DNA from: Caedimonas varicaedens
Lineage (GTDB): Bacteria > Pseudomonadota > Alphaproteobacteria > Caedimonadales > Caedimonadaceae
Assembly (NCBI GenBank): GCA_001192655.1
Contig: BBVC01000012.1
Coordinates: 1 to 18,450 of the forward strand
Length of the DNA: 18,450 nt
Direction: 5' to 3'
Shown: one piece after another, positions 15,634 to 18,450 of the stretch
Position numbering within the stretch: position 1 is the first letter of the stretch
Layout: each line of letters begins with the position of its first letter
Made by a program: the position numbers and the translations under genes
Notes under the pieces: generated by a model
Seen by the model: only the letters and a program-made list of their open reading frames with translations
The model's database searches: none
What the model was told of the DNA's origin: nothing

Positions 15634-17847
15634 TCACTCCTGCTTCCCCGTTTTCTCCTGCTTCCCCATTCCAAACCTTACCCCTGTTCTGAGTCCTCTT
15701 TGCATGTATTGCCAGAGCTTACCTTCTTCCCGCACAGGGGTCATGAGAATTTGCGCCGTTTCCGTGTCTTTAAGGGCTTTGTCCAGCAATTCCTGACGAA
15801 TGGCCTCTTTTTCCTTGCCCAAAGCTTTATGAATCAGCTCCACCACCTTTCCTCCGGCGGGAATCTTACGAAACAGTTTTTTAAAGAGATGCAATGGCAA
15901 CGATTGATAGGCCTCCAATACCGAAAGATTGCGGGACTTGCCCAACAGCGTATCCGTAAAATGCTGGGCATTGGCCAGGCTTTTAAGGCGTGTTTCCAAC
16001 CGGGGATACAGGACAAAAGCCCCAGGATGATTCTTCTGCCAGGTATGAATCTTTGTTGTGGAGACTTTGCCCTGTTCGTCCGTGATAAAATCCAGCACCG
16101 ATTTGTTGATGGTGCCTTCCAAAGATTGACGCGCTTTTTCTCCCTGCTTTCCATGAAGATGCTTCATGAGGTCTTTGGCATCATCCACCGATTTAAGGGA
16201 GGTGCCAACGACTTTTGAGGGAATCTCGGAATCAGACAGGGTATATTGACGGCTATAGGTGTCTTTCTTCTCGCCGACCATTCTGCCCAACGTGCGATGC
16301 TCTTCAATGTTGTTGATGGGTTTGGACAACTCTTCGTAAGTACGGCGATATTCAAGTCCCTGGGGCAAGGATTCCAGATCTTTCTCAATGGCTTGCTTCA
16401 CTTCAGTGAGTTCCCGTGCCAAACTGTCCTTGCCCTGTTTACGGGCGCTGCTGATTTCATCGCCCAACCATTGCAGGGTCTTATCAATTTCTGCCGGTCT
16501 CGGTTGTCTTGTCCGGGGAGCATTCCCTTCCAGCCCTTGAATCTGCTTCCTTAACTGGATCACGGTAGGGCTGGGATTTTTCGGGTCATAAAATTTGTTG
16601 TTTTCCGCTTGAGCCAATAAACTTTTATAAAGGGAGAGTTCTTCTCGTTGTTGAGGACTCAGAGGACTATGTTCCATCGGCGTAGGATCATTGGCTTCTA
16701 GTTCTCTCCTCGTTTTCTCAAGGTGAGAGCGGGTGCTCCCTTTGGCGGTTTTGAGCTTTTGATCAATCACTGCATGACCTTGTGTGGGTTCTAACCCTTC
16801 TTCAACCGCATAGAGGTCTTGATAAAGAGGTTCTGTAACCTCTTTGCGTTTGCTCTTCAAATTCTGCACTTTATGCAACAAGGTTTTTCGTACGCTATCA
16901 CCAGCCTGATCAGGCAAGACCTGATGAGACTGAATTGGATTAACATGTTCCGAAACGTTGATGTCGTGACTAAAATCAACACTCTGAGGATCGTATTCTA
17001 AGGAAGTGTGAGGAGCATCAGGATTCTCTTTCCATCGTCGGGCTTGACGGGAGAGCCAACTGTCTCGAGGAGCATTCTCTCCTTTCATGGTTTCCCTTAA
17101 AATACCGCCGATTTCTTTTTCCGCACCGGGACGAGCCGCTTCTCGCCGATACTCTGGAGAAAATACCCATTTTCCCCCTTGAGCTCCTTTTTTACCGACA
17201 GCCGTCACGACAGGCGCCATGATATCGGCCACCAGAGGATTAACACCGCCCTCTTGTAAAAGTCCTGATGTCGCTCCCATCGTGGCATCCTTGCCTAAAG
17301 AAAGACCCAGACGTTTGGCGACTTCCCAGACTAATGCGGGCATCGTTGAGACTGCTTTCGCCCCTTTCAGAACATTTCCACCGGGCGTGACAATGCCTGA
17401 GCCCATCCAGTCGCCGCCATGATAGGCCATGCAGCTCACAGGACTGTGAAGGTTTTTAAGGGTTTCCTCATCCCTATGGGCAAGTTCCTGATTGCCTGCT
17501 TTCAGAATCTGGTCATGTTGATCCACATAAGGGGAGAGATCGTCTTGAGTGGACATCCACATCTTCATTTCCTGAGCCATAGGATCTGATGTTGCCAATC
17601 CCATCCCGGTTTTCAGCGCTCCTGAAAGAGCGCTTTTGCCGATCGCTTGAGGAAGTTCTGAGATCAAGGAAGGGGTTTTATTGTCATCCGATCCTTGCTG
17701 TTTAAAAGCTCCCCGGCGTGCGAGTTCCTCTCGAATGGCTTTCTTACGACCTTCAGGGGGGGAGAGAGGAGTTACTGTTCCTAGCGGATTCAGGGCACCC
17801 CGCCGTTCCAGTTCTGCCTGTATGGCTAACACCCGTGGATGATTCAT
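15634..17847 (-). CDS. 737-aa hypothetical protein (ORFan; possibly phage/mobile-element-derived)
   Basis: A long uninterrupted ORF in a ~52% GC block, with GAGGG about 10 nt upstream of an ATG that lies 3 nt after the upstream stop. It has an N-terminal duplicated 12-aa motif, a Gly-rich middle, and a K/E/Q/L-rich helical C-terminal half. No signal peptide or TM segment, and no Walker A or HExxH motif that I can see. Confidence 0.8.
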   Translation of the reverse strand: MNHPRVLAIQAELERRGALNPLGTVTPLSPPEGRKKAIREELARRGAFKQQGSDDNKTPSLISELPQAIGKSALSGALKTGMGLATSDPMAQEMKMWMSTQDDLSPYVDQHDQILKAGNQELAHRDEETLKNLHSPVSCMAYHGGDWMGSGIVTPGGNVLKGAKAVSTMPALVWEVAKRLGLSLGKDATMGATSGLLQEGGVNPLVADIMAPVVTAVGKKGAQGGKWVFSPEYRREAARPGAEKEIGGILRETMKGENAPRDSWLSRQARRWKENPDAPHTSLEYDPQSVDFSHDINVSEHVNPIQSHQVLPDQAGDSVRKTLLHKVQNLKSKRKEVTEPLYQDLYAVEEGLEPTQGHAVIDQKLKTAKGSTRSHLEKTRRELEANDPTPMEHSPLSPQQREELSLYKSLLAQAENNKFYDPKNPSPTVIQLRKQIQGLEGNAPRTRQPRPAEIDKTLQWLGDEISSARKQGKDSLARELTEVKQAIEKDLESLPQGLEYRRTYEELSKPINNIEEHRTLGRMVGEKKDTYSRQYTLSDSEIPSKVVGTSLKSVDDAKDLMKHLHGKQGEKARQSLEGTINKSVLDFITDEQGKVSTTKIHTWQKNHPGAFVLYPRLETRLKSLANAQHFTDTLLGKSRNLSVLEAYQSLPLHLFKKLFRKIPAGGKVVELIHKALGKEKEAIRQELLDKALKDTETAQILMTPVREEGKLWQYMQRGLRTGVRFGMGKQEKTGKQE

Positions 17848-17850
17848 GGC

Positions 17851-18369
17851 TTATTGTCCCTCTAAGGATTGAAACTCCTTCATCAGGTCTTCGGTGGAGA
17901 GAGCACTTAAATCTTCTCCTGCTGTCTGTCCTGTGGGAAGAGGAACATCGTCCTCCTCATCGGACACCACCATTTTTCGCCTGAGACCCTGCTGATATTT
18001 CTGTGCCATACGGATATTCTTCTGAGCCCGTGTTTCCCAATCCCCCGCAATATTCTCAAACCCTTCTTGTGTTAAAGTTCCCCCAGGAGAGGATTCAGCA
18101 ATGGTCTTTTTCAAAAGGTCAGTTCCGACTTTACCCGGTGTTCCTAAAATCGTGGCCAGATTCAGATCCGAGGCATGTTTTTTAAGTTGCTGAAGGGCCG
18201 CCAGTTTTTTCTTGTCCGCCATCTTCCGTCCCAAGACCTGCCAGAAACCCGCTTCTTTTTTAGGATCGTTGCTGCCGGACAGCCATTGCACCCAGTCCGA
18301 GCCAATATCAGGGTGATCCTTAAACAGTTTGCGCATTTTGGTAATCGTCTGCAAGGCGCGCTTATTCAC
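17851..18369 (-). CDS. 172-aa hypothetical protein, coupled to the 737-aa ORF
   Basis: Same strand and composition as the 737-aa ORF. An in-frame TAA at 18445-18447 closes the frame upstream, and GTG 18369 is the only canonical start before Met12. It is basic and helical at the N-terminus and has an acidic tract, SDEEDDVPLP...EDLSALSTEDL, near the C-terminus. Confidence 0.65.
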   Translation of the reverse strand: MNKRALQTITKMRKLFKDHPDIGSDWVQWLSGSNDPKKEAGFWQVLGRKMADKKKLAALQQLKKHASDLNLATILGTPGKVGTDLLKKTIAESSPGGTLTQEGFENIAGDWETRAQKNIRMAQKYQQGLRRKMVVSDEEDDVPLPTGQTAGEDLSALSTEDLMKEFQSLEGQ

Positions 18370-18450
18370 AGGAATCTCTCGAATGGTTTTAAGCGCGTTT
18401 TTTTGATAATCCGCACGAGCGGAAGGTTCTATAGCTAAAAACCTTTAAAA

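Noticed and set aside
15700-16554. Long + strand ORFs (172 aa at 15700..16218, 102 aa at 16246..16554, and also 15581..15796) antisense to the 737-aa gene
   Set aside because: They lie entirely inside the much longer - strand ORF. Antisense open frames are expected in ~50% GC sequence. They have no SD or start context, and their peptides are low-complexity and Leu/Phe/Gly-rich with no recognisable motifs.
1-18450. Search for tRNA, rRNA, CRISPR arrays, transposase/IS ends and integrase genes
   Set aside because: I found no cloverleaf-like sequence, rRNA-like conserved block, regularly spaced direct repeats, or DDE- or tyrosine-recombinase-like ORF on either strand. This absence is by eye only; tRNAscan, Infernal and ISfinder runs would be definitive.

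Overview
This 18.45-kb chromosomal window probably comes from a moderately AT-rich alphaproteobacterium with a host-associated or intracellular lifestyle. That is an inference from the mitochondrial-type EtfB/EtfA pair, an AsmA-family protein and many transporters; I could run no database search. Positions 1-12,090 are mostly + strand housekeeping and transport genes: a DUF2147 secreted protein, an MFS transporter, a DMT/EamA transporter, an APA-family (AdiC/PotE/CadB-like) antiporter, an NhaC-family antiporter, a 1000-aa AsmA-family protein and etfB-etfA. Two small - strand genes sit at 2.3-3.0 kb: a 96-aa protein with a terminase-small-subunit-like motif, and a 63-aa secreted acidic protein with a clean promoter and terminator. 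The right third looks accessory and holds the best leads. (a) A ~126-bp nested palindromic element follows etfA. (b) An AT-rich islet (sampled lines 28-35% GC) contains a LysR regulator whose conserved N-terminus runs upstream of any usable start codon. Divergent from it are two tandemly duplicated 64-aa ORFans, translationally coupled to a ProP/MHS-like MFS transporter, with a relic copy of the transporter 5' end between the duplicates. (c) From ~15.58 kb to the window edge composition jumps to ~52-53% GC in sampled lines. This block carries two coupled - strand ORFans (172 aa and 737 aa) with no motif I can assign, possibly phage- or mobile-element-derived. I found no tRNA, rRNA, CRISPR array or transposase. 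All GC values are hand counts of a few 60-nt lines, and all family calls rest on remembered motifs.
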